DNA of 64,000 nucleotides from Octopus sinensis (GCF_006345805.1 NC_043005.1:42966001-43030000); one strand, 5' to 3'. Shown: positions 1-12,889, counted from the stretch's first letter. A program made the numbers and translations. The notes: generated by a model from the sequence alone, not told the origin.

Positions 1-440
1 AAATTGGAGATGGTCGAGTTTTCAGCATGACATCTTTCAAAGAACAATTGGTCTCTTTTAGTTCTTGTACTGACATAGAAATGCACGCATGTATATTCAG
101 TATGAATAAACAATTTACTTTACAATATGTATTGAGTACTGTCTCTTTGTTTCATTTGCAAACTATAATATCTGTATATCTATGGATGTGTGTATGTATG
201 CACACGCAAACACACACACACACACACACATATATACTAGTGTATTTGTGTATATATATATATATAATCATAATCTGGCAGTTGTAATCTATTGCACTTA
301 CAATATATGCATATGTATGTCTACATGTATGTGTGTATGAGTGTACCATATATATACAAATGCATTCATATACCTACACATATACACATTTACATATATA
401 TATTTTTTTATTTAACTGTGTATATATGTATATATATAAC

Positions 441-493
<53 letters not shown>

Positions 494-546
494 AAACATG
501 TATATGTGTGGTGTGTGTGTGTGAATAGATAGATAGATAAATAGAT

Positions 547-634
<88 letters not shown>

Positions 635-2075
635 GCACAAACATACATACATACATACATGCCCTTGCAGACGGAAAGAGAGACGAGAGAGAGAGAGAGA
701 GACTCACAAAATAGAGAGACCAAGTATCTGGTGAAATGCAAAATCTCAAGTATATTTACTGGTTCCAATGTAATTGTGGAAGTCATACAAATAATTGCTG
801 CCATGAATCAAGAAAAGTGGCTGGGTGATGGCAGATTTTAAATTCATTAATAAACCATATTAGTCATGTATAATATTTGTGTCAGCGCCTGTGTATGTGT
901 GTGTGTGTTTTTGTGTCTGTGTTTGTATGTGTGCGTGCGTGTGTATATATGTGTGTGTGTGTGTTTGTGCGAAAACACCTCTGTATATAATTGTTTTGCA
1001 TTTAAACACGTTAAATTGAATATTTCATATTTAATACTTTTAATTCTTAATCATTTTGACTGTGATTGGATATCAGGTATGAAATTATCCTGGCTGTTGC
1101 TTTTAATCATTAGCTGTTCTCTGATCTTATCCTAAAAGATTGTATAAATTTCAATATTCACACTGATAATAACCAGCCTAGCGTTCTCTAATTGATACCC
1201 TAAATAATACACTTTACGTGTAGAAAAAAAAATCATTCTTATGGCTCAAATAATATCTTGCTAATCACTAATCGCTTTATTGAAGTAAAGTTCAAGACAT
1301 GCGTCGTTCAGTGATCAGCAATACAAGTTAAATTCTAGTTATATTTCTATTTTGACTTGACGCAATTATAATTGCCTCCTTGTCACCGTCCTTCTAACGT
1401 ACAAAAGACATTTTTTTTTAAATCAAAAATATTAAAAATACTTTTTGTCAATTAGAATTTAAATGGGTTGATGAGTAACTCTGTAACAGTTGAGACTACA
1501 TCAGTTATGTATCACCGAGACTTGTACGAACTGGAGTGTGAATAGTGCACCGGGCAGATTGTGACAATCGCGTTTTGAATCATTGGGTGAGTGATTGTTA
1601 TGACTTGGCGCATTTTAGAGCATTCAGTCAGTGTCAAACGGTCCATCGTGTTGAAAGTAATTCAGAGACTGACTTCAATTACTCGATATATCGACAATAG
1701 TTTGAAAGTCGACACAATAGTCTGAACCGGTCTTAAGAATCGTTGGGTCTAGAAATTTCGCTACGGCCCGATATTTTCTTTTATCTGCTTATTTTTTCCC
1801 TCGCCACTCTTGCCATGGCCAGTCATTATGAAAATATTTTTCTTCACTAGGTAAAGAGATTTTGTCATTTTAGTCTCGATTCATATCATCGGTTGTTTTT
1901 CATTAACTATATGTGACGATTCTCAAATGTTTCCTCAATATTTGATCTCCTCATGAATAGTGTTGGTTCCGCATTCGACTCCAGCTGAAAGGTAAGTTAA
2001 ATCAATTCAACTTTAGAATATATTCCAAGCGTAACTAGAGATATATTCTCATGACGGCTCAGTGAGTAATAATAG

Positions 2076-2332
2076 TTTCAAATCTTGTCACAAGACCAGC
2101 AATTTTGGTGTAGAGAGCATGCCAGCAATTTGGAAGTAGAGGGTAAGTCGATTTCAACGACCCAGTGCTCAACTGTTATTTATTTTATCAACTTCAGTGC
2201 TCAATTGGTACTTATTTTATCGACCCAGAAAGGATAAAAGGCAAAGTCGACTGCGGCGGAATTTGAACTCAGGACGAAATACCGCTAAGCATTTTACCCG
2301 CCGTATTAAATATTTTGCCAGCTCACCGCCTT
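2076..2332 (-). mobile_element. tRNA-derived SINE, family M (body ...gaggtcgactttgcctttcatcctttcggggtcgataaa...)
   Basis: Matches more than 10 other copies in the window. Head ggcggtgagctggc, B-box-like gagttcaaattcc. The central domain resembles the Meta-type SINE domain (from memory, unverified). Confidence 0.85.
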
Positions 2333-3277
2333 AGTTAAGTGAATAATAATAGAATATAAATAACTCTTAAAACCTGTTTTTGTTATTCGTTTTCGTTTTG
2401 TATTTTGCCCAACGTATGATCTGTAAGTGCCTTGGAAAGAGGGAGAGTAGTGAGTAAATACTGCAGGAAAAACGAATGGCTGGAGGGTTGTATAAGTTTA
2501 TTGTTCGTGTAGTAAGCTACGGAATTCGTACATTCTCTCCTGCAATTCAGACTGCCTCATAGACCCAACAGATAATAGAATAGGCTTTGCCCCAGAGGAT
2601 GGCGAGCGAGATGTGGCTTGCACATGCGGATAGCCATCTACGCCGGAGGTCTTCACTGCCACAGGCTCGACCACAAACCTGTCAAAGAGCGACCGATACT
2701 TTGACGAAGCATATCAATTATTCCAAAAGTTCTCCATACAAATATTTCAGTATGCTCATTTCCTCAAAGTATATAAGTGGTCATTCTAATAGGCCACCAG
2801 ATTTGAAATGATGTCTTACTTTAATTCATTCTGAAGCAGCCGTTGTTTCATGTTTCTTTTTTCATTTTGTCGTTGACTCTTTTTGGCTCCACAGATGCCA
2901 AAGTTCTTCATTTAATAGGGAGCTTCTAATAATAGAGGGTGCTTTAATTCTTGTGTACCACAATTGAAGACGTCACAGCATCTAGATATCGAGGTTTTGT
3001 CGCTCGTTAAATTGCACAGCTTTTCCTACTTAAATGCCTAGTTCAATATATTGCTTTGAGTGAAATATAACACCATCCTGCTGCACTCTAGAAATATTAT
3101 AAAAACAATGAGTTCACAAAACATGAAATTTAGCCAAATAGATGTTTATAACTGTCATTCACTTCGGCTGTGATGATTTTCATATCTTTTGCCGACACAC
3201 GATTACGCACCTCTGTCAGTTTGTTGCCAATACATCGAAAGTCAACAAAATTATAGAGCGGTTGGCTACATGCTTAA

Positions 3278-3373
<96 letters not shown>

Positions 3374-3392
3374 ATGTATGTATGTATGTATA

Positions 3393-4272
3393 CTAGGTCT
3401 GGTCGATATGTATCTAGATTGTTGCCATCGTAATGAAACTAAAGCACGCAGAGTGAAGCCGCTTGGCGCAGATTTACCGTGGACGCTGCTGTACATGCGC
3501 ATTACATTCTAACGTTCTAACTAACTACCACTGTTTGCAGCAGTGCTTGGAAGGAAGTTGTGTAGCGTGTGATCATCGCATTGAGCATGACAGAGAAAGT
3601 TGTCTTGCCAATACCTGCTCAGAGGCCTACGCTAAGTTACAGAAAGTGTATGGAGAGGAGTGTATGCGCTGCACACAAGTGTACGAGTGGTTCAGATGTT
3701 TCGAAAATAGCCGAACAAATGTCGATATTGATGAACGTTCTGGGAGACCAGCAACCAGCAGATCTGAGAAAAATATCACAGATGTGCGTGCAGCTGTGAG
3801 GGGAAATCGTCGAATCACCATCCGCGAGTTATCAGAGGATGTGCAGATTAGTTACGGTTCAGTTCAGTCCATTATCACTGAAGATTTGGGTATGAGACGC
3901 ATGTCTGCCAAACTGCTTTGAGCTGACCAAAAGGACACACGGGTTTCAGTTGTACAAGATCTTGATTGTGTTGGGAACGATGAAACCTTTTTCAAAACTT
4001 TGCACAGGCCTCTGAGTAGGTTTCGCCAAGATTTTGGCAAAATTTGATGCAGATTCTCTGCTCAGCTTCTCTGTCATGGTCAATGTGACAATCACATGCT
4101 ACAAAACCTTGCTTCAAACCACTACTGTAAACAGCGGAAGTGAATTATAATGTTAAAACTTAGTGCGCATACACAGCAGGGATTAAGGTGAATCTGTGCC
4201 TAAAGACTTTACTCTCCGTGCTTTAGCTTCGTTACTATAGCAACACTACGTATACTTATTGATCAGATCCTC
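3393..4272 (+). mobile_element. Rearranged mariner element: two 5' halves joined tail-to-tail (long inverted arms)
   Basis: TA at 3391-3392 then a TIR-like ctaggtctggtcgatatgtatc. 3421-3630 aligns to the reverse complement of about 4000-4243. Mariner HTH reading frame at 3570-3921. Confidence 0.8.
3570..3995 (+). pseudogene. Mariner transposase N-terminal DNA-binding region, truncated
   Basis: Translation AYAKLQKVYGEECM..QVYEWFRCF..DIDERSGRP..NRRITIRELSEDVQISYGSVQSIITEDLGMRRMSAK is a typical mariner HTH region. Stop at 3921, no catalytic domain. Confidence 0.9.
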
Positions 4273-4360
4273 TTCTATCTTCGTCTTTTGCTTTCTGTAA
4301 ATTTGAACTCTGATGTGTGTCTGTGTGCGTGTGTGTGTGTCTGTGTGTGTGTGTGTGTGT

Positions 4361-4581
<221 letters not shown>

Positions 4582-5097
4582 AAAAGGGAAGAAAAGAACA
4601 AAAAAAAATAATAAAATAAAAAATAAAAAAGATAGATAGATAGATATTCAGTTCTCAGAGCTGATATTCTGTTGGGGTCGAAAAATAAGTGCCAACAACT
4701 CACAACGATTGATTAGAATTTTTATTCTTATACATGCAAATATTTTCTTCTCTCACCCAAGAGTATAACCAATATCAAACGAGAGGAGTTAATACCGTCA
4801 GCTCTTTCGAGTAATCACATGGCTGGGTATAGCCTTTTGTCGATGCAAAATATTCATAGAGGTACATGAGTAAAGCAAAGAACATTTATTTTTGTAATGA
4901 CCATGCTCTGCGTCACAGTTTTACTGGATGTTAATTCAAGAAACTAGAAGATGAGACAATATTTTAAACTGTTTCAGTCAGAAGACTGAAGAAAACACAG
5001 CAAGGTTTCTTATTGTCAGGCTGGTCATGTCTGTTATCAGTCAAACAAATATAAAATGTTCTATGAAATGATATTTCGACAACATTAATGCGGTGAT

Positions 5098-5272
5098 CGG
5101 GCAGAATCGTTAGCATGCCGAGCAACATGTTTGTGATATTTCGTCAGTCTTTATGTTCTGAGTTCAAAAGATGAGTTTGCCGTTCATTCTTTCGGACACG
5201 ATGAGATAAATACCAGTCGAGCATTTCTCCACTCACTCCAAAATTGCTGGTCTTGTGCTAAAATTTGAAACT
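5098..5272 (+). mobile_element. Family M SINE, degenerate
   Basis: gcagaatcgttagcatgccg...ttctgagttcaaa... and tail cttgtgctaaaatttgaaac. Further degenerate copies at about 5588-5730 and 6185-6350. Confidence 0.65.
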
Positions 5273-5303
5273 GATATTTTGATATCATTAATTTCAGTTA
5301 AGG

Positions 5304-5550
5304 TGGAGGCGCGTGACTTAGTGGTTAGGGTGTCAGCATCATGATCGTAAGATTGTGGTTTCGATTCCTGGACCGATCCACACGTTGTGTTATTGAGCAA
5401 AACACTTCACTTGACGTTGCTCCAGTCTACTCAGCTGGCAAAAATGAGTAACGCTGCGATTGACTGGCGTCCCGTCCAGCTGGGGAACACATACACCATT
5501 GAAATCGGGAAACCGGGACCATGAGCGTGGCTAGGCTTTAAAAAGGGCGC
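5304..5550 (+). mobile_element. tRNA-derived SINE, family T3 (ggaggcgcgtggcttagtggttaggg head)
   Basis: A-box agtggttagg, B-box gtttcgattcc. Second copy at 40113-40353. Imperfect ~15-bp TSD taattt(c/t)agttaagg at about 5288-5303 and 5565-5580. Confidence 0.85.
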
Positions 5551-7263
5551 ATTTATTATCTATTTTAATTTTAGTTAAGGTTTTAGTGTGGCAGAATCGT
5601 TAGAATATCAAACAAAATACCTTGATGTATTTAATACTAGCTTTTTATGTTCTGAGTTCGCATCCTTCCGATATCAACTTCGTCTCTCGTCCTTTTTCGA
5701 GATTGATAAAATAAAATTCTGTTGACCAATCAATCACAGTCAATTATTTATTGCTTCAAGAAAGTAGAAGTGATAACGGTATCACCACCCAGCTAATCCC
5801 AGGTAAAAAAGAGACTGCTTTTAAGAATCCCGAAGAAATCTTCTTAGCACTGCATGCGCTTCAGGAGAAGATAAAGGTATTAACAGCCACAGCATTCTTG
5901 TTAGTAGAAATGACTCCAGGTATTATGAACCGTTAAAGACATAATGCCATACAAATCATTATGTTTAACAGAATACATGGTACATCCGCCATTGAGCTAG
6001 ACGTAGACGACAGAAGAATTTCCCTGGCTAATTAATACACAGACAAATAGCAAATATATCGGGAAAATCAAATGTGTAAACCACATCAAGAGCATTTGAA
6101 AATTAATTTTTTTTCTACCTCTTTTTATTTTTTTTTCCTTTCGTTTCTGTGATTCTCATACCTAACTTCTGACAAAATGGTTGTGGAGATGGCAAAGATT
6201 GCAGAGCAGTGTGGCTAGATAATTTATTACGTCCGGCTCAATACGTCACAGATGCGAATTCAAATCCCACTAGGGCCGATATTATTTTTCAACCCCTCTC
6301 GGGTCGATAAATTAAGTAAAGTTGATAGATTTCGATAGATTTAATCGACTTGTATTCCCAACCTCCGTTGGCTATCAGTTTCATGGTCCATTAAATTTAA
6401 TGGTTTTTAAACAGAAGGAAATTTTATTACTCGCTTCGCTGTGAAGTGAGAAATACAAATAAGAAATTAGTGCATCTGGTGATAGGCTGCTGTTTCTGGA
6501 ATGGTAAAGCAGAACTTATCTCCATTGTATTCATTCCACTTTTACAGAAATGATTCACGTTAATGGGCATTATATATTTATCTTCACCTGTTCAGTTGCA
6601 GGCAAGATTGCAAATGCTAACATTCCTGGCAGCAAATTGCAGTAAGATGCGTCTCTCAATGAAGACTCGAATAGCTCGCAATTTGCAAAATGATGCTTCT
6701 AGACTTATCGTTATCACTAATACCAGTTTTTTTTGTTTTGCTTTTTAATTTTAATTTTTTTTTCATTTTTTTTTTTTCTTTTGCTTGATACTTTCTTGTT
6801 AGTGTTTGTTGTTATGTGTCGTTGTTTTCCTAAAACTTCAAGCACTCAGATTTGATGTTACAGTTTGTTTTATTTAAACAAATATTATGCTTCATAGTTA
6901 AGTTGTCCTCCAAGGTTTCACAACCTTTTACATGCTTAGGTCAGAAAACAGGAACTCAAACAGTCAGTTAATGTGAAAAACATGAGGTACAGAACTAATG
7001 ACGTAAAATTGTCGGTGGAATCCATTCCATTGGAATCATCACTCACAGAAAGCAATTAAATGTATCCTCTCCAACATGTAACGTCATTGTTGCTATAATG
7101 TTTGAGTAAATAAATTTTAGTTATTTAAGATTAATTTAAGATTGATTAATTTGTATTATTTGTGTGTCTTGAGAGGCTTATTAAGACAGTAATAAACACA
7201 CGTACTGGTTTCATTTCACTTCTTTTATTATTATTATCATCATCATCATCATTATTATCATTA

Positions 7264-7665
7264 TTGAGTGAGAGAGCAGTGCATGCCATCAAAGTGACAC
7301 TGGAGTTAAATATACGAAGCCCAGTATACTCATCAGGACTACCAGTCTGATAAGGGTACACCAGGCACATGCATCACAACCATATGTGCGCGACATGGTG
7401 ATCTCATATCAAAATAAACAGCACATGACCTTGCAGGTGGGACCCAGCTAGAATTTTCTTCTGGTCGAATAGCCCATCCCGCTCAAAAGGTCCCTGAATA
7501 AGGATTGTTTAAGGATGTTGAACGAACCACCCATGTTTCCAGAGGTGAATTATCCAAACCTCCAAGAATTCCTTTCATCATACAGCTATGATGCTACCCC
7601 ACTACATATCGTCAGCCACCAAGGGACATTGTCAACTGGTTATGGTCAAACAACTAACAAGCAAA
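7264..7665 (-). mobile_element. Unclassified interspersed repeat remnant with (AAT)n-like tail
   Basis: Complex-sequence island bounded by (ATT/ATC)n at 7225-7263 and (ATT)n at 7678-7760. No second copy in the window, so classification is inference. Confidence 0.3.
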
Positions 7666-7676
7666 TCTGTGGTATT

Positions 7677-7733
<57 letters not shown>

Positions 7734-7764
7734 TATTATTATTATTATTATTATATTATTACTA

Positions 7765-7968
7765 AGGCAGCGAACCGGCAGAATCATTAGCACGCCGGGC
7801 AAAATACTTAACCCTGTCGCTACGTTCGGAGTTCAAACTTTACCTAGGTTGACTTTTCCTTTCATCGTTTCGGGCTTGATAAAATAAGTACTAGCTGAAC
7901 ACTGGAGTCAATGTAATCGACATACCCCTCCTCCAAAAATGCAAGCCTTGTGTGAAAATTTGAAACCA
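7765..7968 (+). mobile_element. Family M SINE
   Basis: aaggcagcgaaccggcagaatcattagcacgccgggc... through gtgtgaaaatttgaaacc. Confidence 0.8.
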
Positions 7969-8206
7969 TTGTAGTTAGTGAATTCATTAACATTTACTCA
8001 GTTAAGCAATCGACTGTTTGATTCATGCTTCGGTCAATCAATAAATCAGTTAGATTTGTCAAAGTTCTTCAGTCACCATTCGCGAATTCATCAATAACAT
8101 GCTCTCTTTACTTCAGACCTGCTTCAGGTTTGTTTGTCACCCAGTTTTAAGGTTTTATATTTCTATGGATGTCAGTTAGAATTTATGTGAGAAAGAGCAG
8201 GAGAAA

Positions 8207-9023
8207 ACTACGCTGCCCAGAACTCAGAACTACGCTGCCCAGAACTCAGAACTACGCTGCCCAGAACTCAGAACTACGCTGCCCAGAACTCAGAACTACG
8301 CTGCCCAGAACTCAGAACTACGCTGCCCAGAACTCAGAACTACGCTGCCCAGAACTCAGAACTACGCTGCCCAGAACTCAGAACTACGCTGCCCAATACA
8401 CAGAACTACGCTGCCCAGAACTCAGAACTACGCTGCCCAGAACTCAGAACTACGCTGCCCAGAACTCAGAACTACGCTGCCCAGAACTCAGAACTACGCT
8501 GCCCAGAACTCAGAACTACGCTGCCCAGAACTCAGAACTACGCTGCCCAGAACTCAGAACTACGCTGCCCAGAACTCAGAACTAACGCTACCCAGAACTC
8601 AGAACTACGCTGCCCAGAACTCAGAACTACGCTGCCCAGAACTCAGAACTACGCTGCCCAGACTCAGAACTACGCTGCCCAGAACTCAGAACTACGCTGC
8701 CCAAACTCAGAACTACGCTGCCCATACACAGAACTACGCTGCCCATAACTCAGAACTACGCTGCCCAGAACTCAGAACTACGCTGCCCAGACTCAGAACT
8801 ACGCTGCCCAGAACTCAGAACTACGCTGCCCAGACTCAGAACTACGCTGCCCAGAACTCAGAACTCGCTGCACCCTAAGCTCAGAACTCTACGCTAACCC
8901 AGAACTCAGAACTACGCTGCCCAGACTCAGAACTACGCTGCCCAGAACTCAGAACTACGCTTGCCCAGAACTCAGAACTACGCTGCCCAGAACTCAGAAC
9001 TACGCTGCCCAATACACAGAACT
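8207..9023. repeat. 22-bp minisatellite (actacgctgcccagaactcaga), about 37 copies
   Basis: The 22-aa period of ORF 8169-8585 equals 3 x 22 nt. A variant unit (caatacacaga) recurs at about 8394, 8722 and 9010. Confidence 0.97.
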
Positions 9024-9178
9024 AAACCAGTTACTTATCAATATGTAAGACATTTCTCATGTATTTTTTATAACGGTTGCAATAAAGAATAGTTGCATTT
9101 AATTTACCTGTCTCTTCTTACCATTAGTCTGTCCACAATCACTCAAGACACACATGCTTGACCAGTTAATGTATAACC

Positions 9179-9578
9179 TATTTCTTTACTACCCACAAGG
9201 GGTTAAACACAGAGAGGACAAACAAGGACAGACAAACGGATTAAGTCGATTACATCGACCCTAGTGCGTAACTGGTACTTAATTTATCGACCCCGAAAGG
9301 ATGAAAGGCAAAGTCGACCTCAGCGGAATTTGAACTCAGAACGTAACGGCAGACGAAAATACCTATTTCTTTATTACCCACAAGGGGCTAAACACAGAGC
9401 GGACAAACAAGGACAGACAAACGGATTAAGTCGATTACATCGACCCTAGTGCGTAACTGGTACTTAATTTATCGACCCCGAAAGGATGAAAGGCAAAGTC
9501 GACCTCGGCGGAATTTGAACTCAGAACGTAACGGCAGACGAAATACCGTAAAGCATTTCGCCCGGCTAGCTAACGTTT
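9179..9578 (-). mobile_element. Family M SINE head-to-tail dimer
   Basis: Two ~190-bp bodies in tandem, flanked by one perfect 16-bp TSD cagttaatgtataacc (9163-9178 and 9579-9594). Confidence 0.92.
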
Positions 9579-11444
9579 CAGTTAATGTATAACCATCACG
9601 CAGCTACTTCAAGAAGAAACAGCCACCATTAACTTAACCAAAACTCATAACCAACAGCCGTTGAGTCTGTATACAATCTCTAGTTGTTCGTTATTAATGC
9701 CATGGCTAGAAACCTTCTAAGCTGCATGTGATTCACATTAGAGCCCATTATATAAGCACCGTAAGTATCTAAACGAGTATTCAAGCTGACGAAGCGGGAA
9801 AGTAAGTACGTGGATTCAGAGTTGAACTTGGAGGTTGCTTTAGAAAAGTATGATTGAAACGTCTCCCTTTTATATTTACATCTTTTGTATTTTCACTTTT
9901 CAAGAAACATCTGGACATATTCCTTTGAGGATTGCGTTATCTTAATTGAAGGCATCTTGCATTGAGCTGCTAGCATAAATGAAAATTTAAGCATTAACAT
10001 ATCTAACAGATAGAAATTTAATATAAATACGTAAAAACAAGACAAATTGTCACGCATTATCTTGGTTGTCATATAATTTCTATCATCAGGTGAACATAGA
10101 CGCAAAATTTAATCATTACGATGTCTAATTAAGACACTCGAAGAATTATGGCGCTTATCATTATAATCATGTTCGTTCTTACATAATACTCACACACTGG
10201 TCGTTATTTAAATGGTAAATCATTAAATACATTTTAAAGTTTTGTATTGATTCAAATATGCACATTTGTAAGAAAGCAGATTAATTTATTGAATTAATCC
10301 TGGTTCACAACTGATAGTTATGTTATCAACCTCTTCTACTTCCAGAAGAATAAAAGGTAAAGTTGATTATCACAGGAATTTGGATTAAAAAATTGTAAGG
10401 ATGCAACAAAATATTCAATACTTTCAGTTCAGTTAAATTATTTCGTTTAAGGCTATTCTAGTTCTGTTGATACGTTATGTTGGCCAGCCACAAGTTCCTT
10501 AGAAACTTGTCTTTCATTTTAAGCATTGGATAAAATTTAAAATGATTGAAAGAGGGAGCAGGTACTTGTGCTACTGTTCCCCCCAAAAATATGTATACCT
10601 AAGTATAGTTTATCTTCGTTCTTGTATGTTCTTCTCCTCTGTTAGATTTTTGGTAACTGATGTTGCTGTTGATGTTGTTTAGCTTTACGTCTACCCCGAT
10701 CGTATAGATCTATGTCCCAAAGCGTTCGAGTTATAACTTTCCCATCTATTTTAAGGCTTAGTGTACCCTAGACCGCGGTATCTAATGTAACACTTTAAAA
10801 AACGCTAATGCATCGTTCTGAGGGAGATTTTAGCTACTATTTCTAGCTGGTTCAGCGGCTACGAAAAGAGATCCTCTTGTTGGCTGATTTGATTAATATG
10901 GTTACTGAAGCTGGTGCCAACAAACGATCGCTGAGTACAGAAGTCTGATGCTGGGGTTGAAAACAACGAGAGTTACATACCATTCCAGTCACTCAGCAAA
11001 CTGAGTAGACTTGGTTTCTAAATGAAATACAAAACGTATTCGCGTGAGCCGCTGCTCATCACTGCATTCCTGCTTGTTGAGAAACAGCTTGTTGCTAGTT
11101 ACTCGGATATTATGCTCTTTCTACTGAACCCTTTGTGATGACCTTCGAAGCGTTAACCCCCACCTTCATAATTTTTCCTCACAATGTCAGACTGGCTCGT
11201 TTTCACGCGTCTGTCGAATCACGCCCCTTTCTGTTTCATCTCTTATTGCTAAACGACATTCCAGACACATACTTTAACTAAGAAAGGCAGTTGCTTTCAT
11301 CTGTAGAGTCAGTGCCTTCTCCGCTTTGTGGATTGCATCAGTAATGGCCTTTTAGACAACGGTGAGATCAGAATTCTTGTCCATGAATGCAGCATTAGCA
11401 TTTGCAATGAAAAATATATATAGTTTATCTTTTAATGCTTATAT

Positions 11445-11630
11445 CTCACTTGTTTCAGTTATTATAGTGCAGCTATGGTGGAGCACCGCCAGGAAGGGTT
11501 TAGCCGAACGAGTCAACCCCAGGACTTATAGTTTTTGCTAAGCCTGGTACTTATTCTATCGGTCTATTTTCCCCAACCGCTACGTTAAGGCAAGTTGTCA
11601 AGCACTGGTGTTGGACAAACACAGTTACAA
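11445..11630 (-). mobile_element. CORE-type tRNA SINE (family C), 3' part
   Basis: gagcaccgcc...cccaggacttat...aagcctggtacttattctatcggtct matches full copies at 19225-19665 and 33958-34435. Confidence 0.8.
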
Positions 11631-11724
11631 AGATACTCGCATGCGCACGCACACACACACACATACATGTATGTATGTATGTATGTATGTATGTATGTAT
11701 GTATGTATGTATGTATGTATGTAT

Positions 11725-12173
11725 GTTATCTCTTCTATTTTTTAATTATTATAAATCTCCCACTGAGGAAGGAGCCGGTTTCCAACAAATATACAAAGCT
11801 CCAACTTTGGGATGTTGTTAACACAGACAAATTTACATTTGGAACTTGAGAAAAATCTTGAATATTTTTACTGTTCCACTCACAAATTGCACTTGTAATG
11901 TACGAATCAGCCGGTCAATTTCTCTTTCTGAAAATCCCTGTTTATCCAGATTCTCCTTTAAGCATTTGCTAACAAAACCTAGTGCTCCAATTATTATTGG
12001 TCTGGATATGAATTCAGAGTCTAGATATAGAAGCTGGAGGTTTCGAAACAGTTGTCCGCAGATATCCTCTTTTTCTCTGATTTTCAAAGAGATATTTATA
12101 TCTTTATGATAGTACATAACTTTGCCCCTCTGTCTCAAACGACAATATCCGGCCTTTTATGTCTACATTTTGG
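11725..12173 (-). pseudogene. 3' fragment of an RLE-type (PD-(D/E)xK endonuclease) non-LTR retrotransposon, R4/Dong-like, with 3' UTR
   Basis: Minus-strand KCRHKRPDIVV*DRGAKLCTII, then after a frameshift DINISLKIREKE..RNLQLLY..PIIIGALGFVSKCLKENL..LQVQFVSGTVKIFKIFLKF. (ATAC)n at the 3' end and atacatac at the 5' junction. Confidence 0.85.
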
Positions 12174-12184
12174 ATATGTATGTA

Positions 12185-12330
12185 TCAGTTTCCGTTAACC
12201 AAATCCACTCACAAGGCTTTGATCGGCCTCTGGCGGCTTTAGAGGAAGACACTGGCCCAAAATGCTACGCAGTAGACTTAAACTCAAAACCGAGCGGTTG
12301 GAATGCAAACTTCTTACTACATCGAACATA
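12185..12330 (-). mobile_element. Family C SINE, 5' part
   Basis: cagtttccgttaaccaaatccactcacaaggctttg...gaagacactggcccaa matches family C. Confidence 0.75.
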
Positions 12331-12604
12331 ACACAAATGGGCTCAGGTAATATCACTGTAAATATTTTGAATTATAAGCAAAATTCGCCCATTTGTCTGT
12401 CCTCTTACACTACTTTAGCTACAATAATAATTCCAGAAATTAGCGACACCGTTAACGCATTGAAATAAAACACCGCTTCCATACCTATTGCGAAGAACAA
12501 TAAAAACATTTTAAATATTCATTTTTCTCGTTGATGCTCAAATTTCCTGAAAAGTGCTTGTACGAATATATTTCTAGCTATATGCTTAAATATGAATAGA
12601 CAGT

Positions 12605-12646
<42 letters not shown>

Positions 12647-12653
12647 TATTGAT

Positions 12654-12688
<35 letters not shown>

Positions 12689-12853
12689 GATAGATAGATA
12701 GATAGATAAATCCATATATATATATATATATACGTACATACATACATACATACATACATACATACATACATACATACATACATAGACACATACATATGTA
12801 TGTTTCTGTACAAAGGAAGAGTGGTTGTGAGACTGCGTTCCTAATTATATGCG

Positions 12854-12889
<36 letters not shown>

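Noticed and set aside
745-822. Minus-strand PLFLIHGSNYLYDFHNYIG resembling a hydrolase motif exon
   Set aside because: Weak splice signals, a very short match and no supporting neighbouring exons.
1400-1700. Possible Tc1/mariner-derived remnant (minus strand MDRLTLTE..)
   Set aside because: No TIR pair or diagnostic motif could be confirmed.
8169-8585. 138-aa repeat ORF (LRCPELRTTLPRTQNYAAQNSE)n, and a CRISPR-like appearance
   Set aside because: A 22-bp unit cycles through all frames, there are no unique spacers, and later indels break the frame. It is a minisatellite.
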